Assembly: GCA_964454075.1 (NCBI GenBank)
Contig: CAYVRS010000001.1
Span: forward strand, 2,083-34,836
Direction: 5' to 3'
Length of the DNA: 32,754 nucleotides
Origin: an uncultured Chitinophagales bacterium
Lineage (GTDB): Bacteria > Bacteroidota > Rhodothermia > Balneolales > HLUCCA01
The position numbers and the translations under genes are program-made. The notes beneath the pieces were generated by a model. The model ran no database searches and was not told where the DNA came from. It was given only the letters and a program-made list of their open reading frames with translations. Shown here piece by piece: positions 9,568-18,555 of the stretch. Within the stretch, counting starts at the first letter, position 1, and every line of letters starts with the position of its first letter.

Positions 9568-11230
9568 TCACATCTGTTCCGGCGCGGAAATCCCCAGCAC
9601 CGTCAGTCCGTTTTTCATCACACGCGCGGTTCCGAGAAGCAGCTGCGTGCGCGCGGCGGCCAAGCCGGCTTCCTCGCCCAAGATGCGGCAATCGTGGTAG
9701 AATTTGTGGAAATCGACCGCCGCTTCGTTCAGGTAATTGATGAGGCGATGCGGTTCCTTGCTCATCGCGGCGCTGAGGATGGCGTCGGGGAAGTCGGCCA
9801 GCGCCTTCAGCAGTTTCAGTTCGGAAGGATGGGTCAGCTGATTGAGGGACACATCCGCCGAAGGCGTCAATTCCAGTTTCCGCAGAATGGAATGGATACG
9901 GGCATGCGCGTATTGCAGGTAGAACACCGGGTTTTTCTCGCCGGCTTCTTTGGCCTGGGCGATGTCGAACTCCAGGTGCGTGCCGGGCGAGCGCATCAGG
10001 AAGAAGAAGCGGGTCACATCCGCGCCGACTTCATCCATCAGTTCGTCAAGCGTCACAAAATTGGCTTTCCGGGTGCTCATCTTGTACGGAACGCCATCTT
10101 TCACGATGGTGACGAACTGGTAGATGAGCACATCGATGCGCGATTTGTCGTAGCCCAGGGCTTCGAGCGCGGAAAGAACGTCGGGATAGGTCGCGATGTG
10201 ATCGGCGCCGAAGCTGGGCGAGGAGGTTTTGCTCGGCGTCGCGGATCTGGTCTTCACGGGAACCGAGCTTGGCCGTAACGAGCGTCGCTTTCACGTGGTA
10301 GGCGATGTCGGGAAGCCGGTAGGTCGGCTCGCCGGTGCTTTTCACGAGCACGGTGTCTTTTTCTTTGCCGAAGGCCGTGGTCCGGAACCAGACCGCGCCG
10401 TCCTGGTCGTAGGCCAAGTCTTTGGCGCGCAATTCGGCGAGCACGCGTTCGATGGATCCGTCCTTGTAGAGGTCGTCCTCATTGAAGAAGGTGTCCATGC
10501 GGATCTGCAGACGGTCGAGCGTGCGCTTGATGTCTTCGAAAATGAGGTGCTCGGCGGCTTCCTTGAATTTGGGATTCGTGGGATCGTCGACGAGTCCGTC
10601 GCCTTCGCGGGTTCTCAGGTCGTGGGCGATGTCGGCGATGTACTCGCCCTCGTAACCGCCCTCGGGAAGGGGCACATCCAGCCCCAATTCCTGCGCATAG
10701 CGCGCATGCACGCTGGCACCGAGCACGCGCATCTGGCGTCCGGCGTTGTTGAAATAATACTCGCGGGTCACCTCCGCGCCGGCCCATTGATACAGCCGGG
10801 CCACGGTGTCGCCAAGAACGGCGTTCCGGCCGTGTCCGACGGTAAGCGGACCCGTCGGATTCGCGCTCACAAACTCCACCATGTAGGTTTTCCCATTCAG
10901 GCGGGCGCTTTTTCCGAAGGTTTCGTTCTGAAGGATGTGATGCAATTGCCGATGCAGCCAGGTCGGCGAAAAGCGGAAGTTGATGAAGCCGGGTCCGGCG
11001 ATCTCCATCGCGGCGATGTGCGCGGCGTCGACATCCATCGCGTCGAGCAGCTCCTGGGCGACATTGCGCGGAGGCTTACCGACGAGCTTGGTGAGCATCA
11101 GGGCGAGGTTCGTGGCCGCATCGCCGTGTTCGGGCTGACGCGGTTTTTCAATCTGGATGTCGGGAAGCGCGATGCCGGGATACAAGCGGGATGCGGCGTC
11201 GCGAAGACGGTCGATGAGATAGGTTTGCAT
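9568..11230 (-). pseudogene. argS: Arginine--tRNA ligase, split into two frames by a 79-nt segment (10213-10291); may be an assembly artefact
   Basis: N-part has HGD, IAGPGFINF, VEFVSANPTGPLTVGHGR, TYRLPDIAYH; C-part in another frame has FGADH, KMSTR, YLQYAHAR, LGISAPEQM. Confidence 0.85.
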
Positions 11231-11235
11231 GGCCC

Positions 11236-11243
11236 AAAATACG
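11236..11243 (-). promoter_or_regulatory. Putative -10 element (CGTATTTT) for leaderless argS
   Basis: CGTATTTT-GGGCC-ATG; same CGTATTTTGGG before hslO and CGTATTTT before metK. Confidence 0.6.
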
Positions 11244-11254
11244 GAAGATTCACC

Positions 11255-11983
11255 TCACCATCCCGACACGCCTCCCTGCATGCGCAGACTCAGGTGGTCG
11301 AAGCCTGCGATGATCACGTGGTCTTCGAGCGCGATCCCCATCAGGTGACCCACTTCGATCAGCCGACGCGTGAGCGCCAGATCCGCATCCGAGGCCCGGG
11401 CGTTGCCCGACGGATGGTTGTGCAGCGCGATGATGGAATGCGCGTCGTGCAGAATGGCCTGACGCATCACCTCGGCGGGATCCACCACGGTCGCGGTCTG
11501 TCCGCCCACGGAAATGCGCTCGAAGCCGATCATCACTTTGCGCGCGTTCAGGAAGGCGATGACGAACACTTCTTTGCGCAAATCGCGCAGGGAGGGGCCA
11601 AAGTACTTCGCGACGTCTTGCGGACTTCGGAATTGCACCGTGGCCCCCGGTTCCCAGCGCTCCAGCCGGCGCGACAACTCCAACGCGGCATCCAGCGTCA
11701 CCGCTTTCACCGCTCCTATGCCGGGCATCTGCTTGAGGTGAAGCCACCCGCGCCGTGCCAGTCTGTGCAGTCCGCCCGATTGCTCCAACAGAAGCCTCGA
11801 CACCTCGATCACGTTCGTCCCCGGCAGGCCGGTTCGCAGCAAGATCGCGATGAGTTCCGCTTCGGAAAGAGCCTCCGGCCCGAGCCGCATCAGTTTTTCC
11901 CGTGGCTGATCGTCGGCGGGCATGTCTTTCACCACTCGGGTGAGCGACGGCGCCGCCTCGTCAAAATGAATGTTCGATTCCAT
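11255..11983 (-). CDS. radC: RadC family JAB/MPN domain protein
   Basis: QPREKL...LSEAELIAILLRTG, HhH GIGAVKA, HNHPSG...S..D, LEDHVII. Confidence 0.95.
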   Translation of the reverse strand: MESNIHFDEAAPSLTRVVKDMPADDQPREKLMRLGPEALSEAELIAILLRTGLPGTNVIEVSRLLLEQSGGLHRLARRGWLHLKQMPGIGAVKAVTLDAALELSRRLERWEPGATVQFRSPQDVAKYFGPSLRDLRKEVFVIAFLNARKVMIGFERISVGGQTATVVDPAEVMRQAILHDAHSIIALHNHPSGNARASDADLALTRRLIEVGHLMGIALEDHVIIAGFDHLSLRMQGGVSGW

Positions 11984-12030
11984 ACCTGTATAGAGGCGGG
12001 AATCGGGGAAATCTTACAGCCCTTTCGTTC

Positions 12031-12462
12031 CTAAAAACGGATCATTTTGTGATGGGGACCGAAAATCGGCACCTCGAAGCGATCTGAGGCGATTTCCCAT
12101 CCGTTCCGCTCATAAAACGGAACCGCGGCCAGGCGCGCATTGCACCAGAAACGGGGTCCGATGTCGCTTGTTTTCACATCGGCCTCGGCGAAGCGGATCA
12201 GTTTGCTACCGTACCCTTCGCCTTGGTAGGCCTTGTCGGTGGCCATGCCGCGCAGTTGCCAGGTCGGCACGCCGTCCCACTCGCTCGGAAGCAGCGTGAA
12301 GCAGACGATAGCCCGGCCGTCGAGGAACGCGCCGTAATGGATCACGTCCGCATGGCGGTCTTCGGGGAAGATGGCGGTTTCAAGGGGCATCCCCGTGCGC
12401 AGCACCCGGTGCCGCAGGGGAAGGATCTCATCGACCGTGGCCCGTCTCAACACCAGATCCAT
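12031..12462 (-). CDS. GNAT family N-acetyltransferase
   Basis: LRHRVLR, QLRGMAT..YQGEGYGSKL, WCNAR..AVPFYERNG. Confidence 0.92.
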   Translation of the reverse strand: MDLVLRRATVDEILPLRHRVLRTGMPLETAIFPEDRHADVIHYGAFLDGRAIVCFTLLPSEWDGVPTWQLRGMATDKAYQGEGYGSKLIRFAEADVKTSDIGPRFWCNARLAAVPFYERNGWEIASDRFEVPIFGPHHKMIRF

Positions 12463-12465
12463 CGC

Positions 12466-13614
12466 TCAACTGCCTCCCATGAGGGGTTCGTCGGCGCCGC
12501 GGATCATCGCGTTGGGCAATCCGCCAGGCAAGTCGCTCTTCAGATACCGGATCGCTTCCAAGACCACATCCAGATGGCGCTCTTTCGAATTCTGATAGAA
12601 TTTCTGAGCGTGGGTGTTCAGCTTCGGCTTGCCATGCAAGGGCTTGTCGCTCACGCTGAGCAGCGTCGCGTTCGGGATGCGGTAGCGGAAGCCGTTCGCG
12701 GCGATGGTGGCCGATTCCATGTCGATCGCCACGCTCCGACTCATGTGGATCTCGGTCTCGGTGCGGCGTTTCACGAATTCCCAGTTGCGGTTGGCCGTGG
12801 TGTACACCGTGCCGAGGCGGTACTTCAGCCCGAATTCCTCGAGCGCTTTCTGAAGGTTCAGGTTCAGCAGATAATTGGGAATGACGGGGATGGAGGTGGG
12901 AAGGATGTCGTCCAACACCTTGTCCGCACGCATGTAGCCGGAAGCGAGCACGAAATCGCCGATGTCCTGGTGGTTGCGCAGTCCGCCACAGTGACCCACC
13001 ATGATCATCGCATCGGGACGCAGCACCGCCACATGGTCGGTGATCGTCTTCGCGTTCGACGGACCCACCCCGATATTGATCAGCGTGATGCCCAGATTGT
13101 CCGCTTCGCGGTGATGATAGGCCGGCATCTGCACGCCCTTGCGCGAGGGTTTCACGCAATCGGGGTACTTCTGCTTGAAGACCTCCACATGCATGTCGTA
13201 GTTCGTGAAGAGGATATAGCGCTGGAAATCTTCCGCCGGCGTGCCGGTGTAATGCTGGAGGCGGTCGATCGACAGGTCGATGCGCTCCGCTTGAAAAAGA
13301 AACAGCTTCTTCTGGGTGAAATCCCAATTGTCCTCGTCGATGAAATCGAGCAGCGCCGGATCGTTGAGCGGCACTTTCGGTCGCGATTCCGTGATTTCGA
13401 TCTCGGCGCCCATGTCGAGCAGCTTGCGGAATTCGCGCGTCAGATACCAGCGATACACGCTCGGTTTGGCGAATTCACCGGAAATCTCCGGATTGTGCTT
13501 CGACCAGGAGCGGCGCACGGTCACCTGGCCATACATTCCGGCGGCATCCCATTCGACCATCTTGTCGAGCGCCTGCTGGATTTTCTTATCGCTATCGGTT
13601 TTCGTTAATTGCAT
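12466..13614 (-). CDS. amn: AMP nucleosidase
   Basis: RLQHYTG, FQRYILFTNY, QMPAYH, NIGVGPSNAKTITDHVAVLRP, GHCGGLR, DMESATIAANGFRYRIP, VSDKPLHG; start 13614 (ATG) or 13620 (GTG). Confidence 0.95.
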   Translation of the reverse strand: MQLTKTDSDKKIQQALDKMVEWDAAGMYGQVTVRRSWSKHNPEISGEFAKPSVYRWYLTREFRKLLDMGAEIEITESRPKVPLNDPALLDFIDEDNWDFTQKKLFLFQAERIDLSIDRLQHYTGTPAEDFQRYILFTNYDMHVEVFKQKYPDCVKPSRKGVQMPAYHHREADNLGITLINIGVGPSNAKTITDHVAVLRPDAMIMVGHCGGLRNHQDIGDFVLASGYMRADKVLDDILPTSIPVIPNYLLNLNLQKALEEFGLKYRLGTVYTTANRNWEFVKRRTETEIHMSRSVAIDMESATIAANGFRYRIPNATLLSVSDKPLHGKPKLNTHAQKFYQNSKERHLDVVLEAIRYLKSDLPGGLPNAMIRGADEPLMGGS

Positions 13615-13634
13615 CTGCACACTCCAAAAAAGCT

Positions 13635-14186
13635 ATGACTCCACCCGACGCACCGCTCAAACTCTGGGACATCGTCCGTGAAGATACGGAACTCACCCTA
13701 CCGATTCTCAGGATGAAACGTCGGCGCATGAGGCGGCCCAGCGATGGGAAGGAGGGGGATTTCTTCATCGCCGAAGCGCCGTTGTGGGTCAATGTGATCG
13801 CGATTACGACGGAGGGGATGGTGGTGCTCGTGGAACAATACCGGCACGGAATCCATGCGATCTCGCTGGAAGTCCCCGGCGGGGTGGCAGGACACGAGGA
13901 CTCGGGACTCCTTGCCGCCCAGCGCGAGCTCGCCGAAGAGACCGGTTACAGCAGCGGGAGGTGGACCTTCCTCGGCTCCGTCTCCGCCAACCCGGCCATC
14001 TTCAACAACCGATGCGAGGTCTACCTGGCCGAAGACTGTGTGAGAACCCAGGAGCAGGACTTGGATCCATTCGAGGAGATCCGGGTGGTGCTGAAAACCG
14101 AGAGTGAGTTCTTGGATGCGGTGCGGAAGGGAGAGATTCATCACTCGTTGGCGGTGGCGGCGGTGGGACTGTGGCGCTTGGGGTGA
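13635..14186 (+). CDS. NUDIX hydrolase (ADP-ribose pyrophosphatase-like)
   Basis: QYRHG..LEVPGG..AAQRELAEETGY Nudix box; LDPFEEI. Confidence 0.93.
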   Translation: MTPPDAPLKLWDIVREDTELTLPILRMKRRRMRRPSDGKEGDFFIAEAPLWVNVIAITTEGMVVLVEQYRHGIHAISLEVPGGVAGHEDSGLLAAQRELAEETGYSSGRWTFLGSVSANPAIFNNRCEVYLAEDCVRTQEQDLDPFEEIRVVLKTESEFLDAVRKGEIHHSLAVAAVGLWRLG

Positions 14187-14235
14187 AGGAAGGTTACATT
14201 GCCTTGCACCTAATCATCGCCAAACCACCATCGCC

Positions 14236-14583
14236 ATGTTCACATTGTCCGCCATCGCGCAACTCATTGTTGCCGTTTCCATCGTCATCGTCTGGGTCTT
14301 CCGTCACGAAAACATTGTCAAGGAATTCGACCAGTACGGCCTTGACGGACTCACCCGATCCGCCGTAGGCGCTGCCAAAATCTCGCTCGCCACGCTGCTC
14401 GTGGCTGGAATCTGGTACCCTGGCTTGGTGCTGTACCCGGCGCTAGCCATGGCCTTCCTCATGGTCAGCGCTCAGTATTTCCACTTCAAAGTGAGCAATC
14501 CTCTCGTGAAACGCGCACCCTCGCTCGGCCTGCTGATCTTGTGCTTGTACATCGCCGCCGTGTCGGCCGGCGTCCTGTCTTGA
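14236..14583 (+). CDS. DoxX-like small membrane protein
   Basis: Four hydrophobic helices; EFDQYGL, GAAKISLATLL, HFKV. Confidence 0.75.
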   Translation: MFTLSAIAQLIVAVSIVIVWVFRHENIVKEFDQYGLDGLTRSAVGAAKISLATLLVAGIWYPGLVLYPALAMAFLMVSAQYFHFKVSNPLVKRAPSLGLLILCLYIAAVSAGVLS

Positions 14584-14936
14584 TCCCTCTGTTCGATGCC
14601 GCGGTCTGGGTTTCGAGTCTGTCGTTCGTGGGGTACGGAATCACGTACTTCACATCGACGCACATGAGAGAGGAATTCATCCGATTCGGCCTACCCGGAC
14701 TCGGCACCCTCACCGCTGTGTTTCAAATGATGGGCGCGGCGGGGCTCATCGCCGGATTCCGGTTCCCCATCCTGCTCATTCTCGCCTCCGGCGGCCTCGC
14801 GCTGATGATGCTCTTGGGCCTGGCCGTGCGCTTGAAAGTGAAGGATAGTCTGTGGGTGTCGCTTCCGGCGCTGTTCTACTTCGTGCTGAATTCGGGGATC
14901 TTCGTGGCGGCGCTGAGGGGGCTTCCGGAAGGGTGA
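14580..14936 (+). CDS. DoxX-like small membrane protein (paralogue)
   Basis: MREEFIRFGL, GAAGLIAG, LALMMLLGLAVRLKVKD; probable TTG start overlapping the upstream TGA. Confidence 0.75.
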   Translation: MIPLFDAAVWVSSLSFVGYGITYFTSTHMREEFIRFGLPGLGTLTAVFQMMGAAGLIAGFRFPILLILASGGLALMMLLGLAVRLKVKDSLWVSLPALFYFVLNSGIFVAALRGLPEG

Positions 14937-14980
14937 CGCCATCGCGGGAATCTTCCCATGTCGCAGTCTGTTCACTCGGC

Positions 14981-16081
14981 ATGGCTTCGCACATTCCCTC
15001 CTTCCCGACCGACCTCGCCTCCATCCGTGAACGGATCGACCGCATCGACCCTATCGCCTACGGCCGCACCCGGAACCATCTCGACGGCGCCGTCACCTAT
15101 CTGTCGCCCTACATCTCCCGCGGGGTGATCAGCACCCGGCAGGTGCTGGATGCGGTTCTTGCAAGGGGCTACGCCCTGCGCGACATCGAACCCTTCGTGA
15201 AGGAGCTCTGCTGGAGGGACCATTTCCAGCGCGTCGCGCAGCATCACGACCTGAACCGGGACATCCGCCGCACACAGGATCCGGTGGCGCACCATCAGCT
15301 TCCCGCAGCGGCGCCCACCGCCTCCACCGGCATCCGCGCCATCGACCTCGGCATCCGCGAGCTCACCGCCACCGGCTACATGCATAACCACATGCGGATG
15401 TACACGGCGATGCTATTCTGCAACATCGGTCGCGCGCATTGGCGCCAACCGGCGCGGTGGATGTACTACCATCTGCTCGACGGCGATTGGGCCAGCAATG
15501 CCTGCAGCTGGCAATGGGTGGCCGGCGCCAACAGCTCGAAGACCTACATCGCCAATCAGGAGAACATCAACCGCTTCACGGGCTCCACGCAAACCGGAAC
15601 CTATCTCGACACCTCCTACGAAGCCCTCGCCACGCTCGAGGTCCCGGCGGCACTCGGTCCCACGCAGCCGTTCGCGCCCGAAACACGGCTTCCCTCCCCA
15701 TCGCCGATCACCGTGGACGCCGCCAAACCCACCTTCCTCTACAATTACCACAACCTGGATCCGGACTGGCATGCCGAGGTCGACGCGAACCGCATCCTCC
15801 TGCTCGAGCCCGGGTTTTTCGCGCAGTATCCGATCTCCGACGCATGCGTCCGGTTCATGCTCGATCTTGGGAAAAACATCGCCGGACTCCAAGTCTTCGT
15901 CGGCTCGTTTTCCGAATTGGTCACAGACTATGCGCTGACCGACATCCGCTACAAGGAACATCCCTTCAATGCCGGTTACCCGGGCGTCGAAGAGCCTCGC
16001 GACTGGATCGCGCCGGAGGTGGATGGCGACTTCGCCTCGTTCTTCGCTTACTGGAAGCGGGTGGAAAAGCGGCTTTACTGA
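14981..16081 (+). CDS. Photolyase/cryptochrome family protein with N-terminal FAD-binding domain (NewPHL-like)
   Basis: LSPYISRG, ELCWRDHF, TGYMHNHMRMY, LLDGDWASN..SWQWVAG all lie in the first ~200 aa; about 366 aa total. Confidence 0.88.
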   Translation: MASHIPSFPTDLASIRERIDRIDPIAYGRTRNHLDGAVTYLSPYISRGVISTRQVLDAVLARGYALRDIEPFVKELCWRDHFQRVAQHHDLNRDIRRTQDPVAHHQLPAAAPTASTGIRAIDLGIRELTATGYMHNHMRMYTAMLFCNIGRAHWRQPARWMYYHLLDGDWASNACSWQWVAGANSSKTYIANQENINRFTGSTQTGTYLDTSYEALATLEVPAALGPTQPFAPETRLPSPSPITVDAAKPTFLYNYHNLDPDWHAEVDANRILLLEPGFFAQYPISDACVRFMLDLGKNIAGLQVFVGSFSELVTDYALTDIRYKEHPFNAGYPGVEEPRDWIAPEVDGDFASFFAYWKRVEKRLY

Positions 16082-17076
16082 ATCGGAACGATCAGCTCCA
16101 GGAGGAGTCCGTTGGTCGAGGACCAGCGCGGCGTACCGCCCAATTGCTCGGACAGCATTTCGATGAGCTGGGTGCCGAGTCCTTTCGATTGCGCCGGTGT
16201 GAATCCGGGCGGGAAACCCGGACCGTTGTCGCCCACGATCAGATGCAGGCTGTTGTCCGGCCTGCGCCGCAGCGTTACGTGGATTTCGCCCATGCGTCCG
16301 TCTTTGAAAGCGTGCTTGAGCGAGTTGGTCACCATTTCGTTGATGATGATGCCGATGGGGGAGATCATCCGAGCAGCGATCTCGACGGGCTCCAGATCCA
16401 GCTTCGCCCTCATCTGGACATCCATCAGGAGGGATTCGAGCAAGACTCGGATGTAATCGTCCGCCATCACCCGGGTCGACTTGTCGGCGGCGCGAAGCAA
16501 GGAATACAGCGACGAGATCGAGGCCACGCGGGCGCGCATCTGGGTGAGGGCCACCAGGGTCTCTTCGCTTTCGGCCTTGTCGATCTCCATCGAAAACAGG
16601 CCGCTGATCATCATGAAGCTGTTCTTGATGCGGTGCTGAAGCTCGCGGAAGAGCACTTCCTTCTGCTCGAGGGCGTCATGAAGTCTGTTCTCCAGCTCCA
16701 CGCGGTAGGTCACATCCCGCGACGTGCTTTCGATGGCGATGAGCCGGCCTGAATCGTCGTAATAGGGCACGTTCAGGATTTCGAGCCAGATCAGATGGCC
16801 GTCTTTATGGATGTGGCGGAGCAGGATGCGTTTCTTGAAGTTCTCCGGATCCTTGATGTACTCGTCGAACTTGGGCTTGTCGTCCGGATGCACGGTATTC
16901 AATCCAAGGAAAGCATCGGCGTAATACTCGTCCGGGGTGTACCCGGTCACTGTCGCACTGGCCGGATTGATGTATTCGAACCGTAGATCGGGAACCAGCC
17001 GGTACCGGTAGAACATGTCAGAATTGAGTTCGGCGAGCCGTTGGAAAAAATCGGGATGGTCTTGAAGATTGACCAT
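16075..17076 (-). CDS. Cytoplasmic PAS-domain histidine kinase (HisKA_2 type)
   Basis: PAS (YINP..TGYTPDE..VHPDD..HKDGHLIWL), ELQHRIKNSF, NEMVTNSLKHAF, DNGPG, GLG. Confidence 0.92.
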   Translation of the reverse strand: MVNLQDHPDFFQRLAELNSDMFYRYRLVPDLRFEYINPASATVTGYTPDEYYADAFLGLNTVHPDDKPKFDEYIKDPENFKKRILLRHIHKDGHLIWLEILNVPYYDDSGRLIAIESTSRDVTYRVELENRLHDALEQKEVLFRELQHRIKNSFMMISGLFSMEIDKAESEETLVALTQMRARVASISSLYSLLRAADKSTRVMADDYIRVLLESLLMDVQMRAKLDLEPVEIAARMISPIGIIINEMVTNSLKHAFKDGRMGEIHVTLRRRPDNSLHLIVGDNGPGFPPGFTPAQSKGLGTQLIEMLSEQLGGTPRWSSTNGLLLELIVPIQ

Positions 17077-17158
17077 ACGTATGCAGGGGTCTATAATGGG
17101 CGAATGACATTCCCATCATAATAGGAAACCGATCCGCGGTTGTCCACCGAAGAATTGA

Positions 17159-18445
17159 CTATGGTTGATTCAAAGCGATGGCCACAAAGGCTTTCACGCC
17201 AAGCAGAAGACCCGATTCGTCGATCACGAATTCCGGCGTATGGTGGCTGGGCGCCTGCTCGCGCGGCATGTCGGGCGACATCCCTCCCAGGAAAAAGAAG
17301 AATCCAGGCGCTTTCTGCGCGTAGAACGAGAAATCCTCGGCTCCGGTCATCGGCACGCGCAGGTTCACGTTGGCCTCGCCGGCCACTTGCTTGAGCAACG
17401 CAACCGTGTTCTCCGCCAGGGCCGGATCGTTGAACGTCACTGGATACGCGGTGGTGTAGGGAAGCTTGAGGTCGACCGTGGCGCCATGGCTTTCCGCTAC
17501 GCCGGTCACGATCTTCCGGAAGGAGGTGTGGATGAGCTCGCGATCGGACGGAGACAGCGCGCGGATGGTGCCCAACATCTCTACCTGAGAAGGGATGATG
17601 TTGCTGCGCACGCCGCCATGGATGCTGCCGATGGTGACAATGCCCGCGTTTTCAGTGACGTTCAACTGCCGGCTGACGATGGTCTGCACATTGCTGATGA
17701 TCTGCGAGGAGACCACGATCGGATCCACACTGTCCCACGGAGCCGCTCCGTGAGCCTGCTTGCCGTGCACCACGAGCTTGAAGTCGTCGGCGCTGGCCAT
17801 GATGCCGCCGGAACGCCAAGTGATGGTGTTGACCAGAGTCTGGGAGTTGATGTGCAAGCCATAGACACGGTCGATGCCGGCCATCACGCCTTGCTCCACC
17901 ATCAGCTCGGCGCCACCCTCTTCGCCGACCGGAGGACCTTCTTCCGCCGGTTGGAAGATGAACGTCACCGTGCCGCGCACCATGTTCTTGTGCTTGGCCA
18001 GCACCTCGGCCGTGGCCATGAGAATCGCGACGTGCGTATCGTGTCCGCAGGCGTGCATCACCCCGACGGTCTGTCCGTTGTACTCGCTGGTGGCGGTGGA
18101 CCGGAACCGAAGGTCGTTCTGCTCGGTCACCGGAAGCGCGTCCATGTCGGCGCGCAGGGCGATCGAAGGACCGGGGCGACCGCCTTTCAGCACCGCCACG
18201 ACGCCGGTGTGAGCCACGCCGGTGCGCACGTCCAAACCCAGGGAGCGAAGATGTGCGGCCACGAGCTCCGCCGTGCGGAATTCGCGGTTTCCAAGCTCCG
18301 GATGCTGATGGATGTCGCGCCGCCAGGAAATCAGCTTTTGCTCCACTTGGCGGATCGAGGCGTCGACCGGAGCCGGTATCGGCGACTGGGCCGAAAGGTG
18401 ATGAGCGGCAAATGCGATCAGAAAAAAGGAAAAAAGCGGTTTCAT
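17159..18445 (-). CDS. Secreted M20D amidohydrolase
   Basis: Signal peptide MKPLFSFFLIAFAA; RRDIHQHPELG, LRADMDALP, MHACGHD, FQPAEEG, GAEDFSFY. Confidence 0.93.
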   Translation of the reverse strand: MKPLFSFFLIAFAAHHLSAQSPIPAPVDASIRQVEQKLISWRRDIHQHPELGNREFRTAELVAAHLRSLGLDVRTGVAHTGVVAVLKGGRPGPSIALRADMDALPVTEQNDLRFRSTATSEYNGQTVGVMHACGHDTHVAILMATAEVLAKHKNMVRGTVTFIFQPAEEGPPVGEEGGAELMVEQGVMAGIDRVYGLHINSQTLVNTITWRSGGIMASADDFKLVVHGKQAHGAAPWDSVDPIVVSSQIISNVQTIVSRQLNVTENAGIVTIGSIHGGVRSNIIPSQVEMLGTIRALSPSDRELIHTSFRKIVTGVAESHGATVDLKLPYTTAYPVTFNDPALAENTVALLKQVAGEANVNLRVPMTGAEDFSFYAQKAPGFFFFLGGMSPDMPREQAPSHHTPEFVIDESGLLLGVKAFVAIALNQP

Positions 18446-18555
18446 GGACGGAAAGACAAGTCGTGGATGGTCACCAAGTGAAGGGTAAACGATACCGAAA
18501 TTCACTAACTTTAGGGAAACATCTTTAACTCTTCGATCAGAACAGGATATTCCGC

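Noticed and set aside
10213-10291. Programmed frameshift, intron, intein or invertible segment in argS
   Set aside because: No slippery heptamer evident, too short for a self-splicing intron or intein, the reverse complement does not encode the missing residues, and removing it would not restore them
11255-11983. radC as a marker of a mobile or anti-restriction element
   Set aside because: Full-length chromosomal form with N-terminal HhH region in a housekeeping context
12021-12031. 11-mer ATCTTACAGCC shared with the lipA upstream region (29352-29362)
   Set aside because: Opposite orientation relative to the downstream genes and only two copies; compatible with chance
16700-17076. LOV photoreceptor domain next to the photolyase
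   Set aside because: PAS domain lacks the GxNCRFLQ motif and contains no Cys
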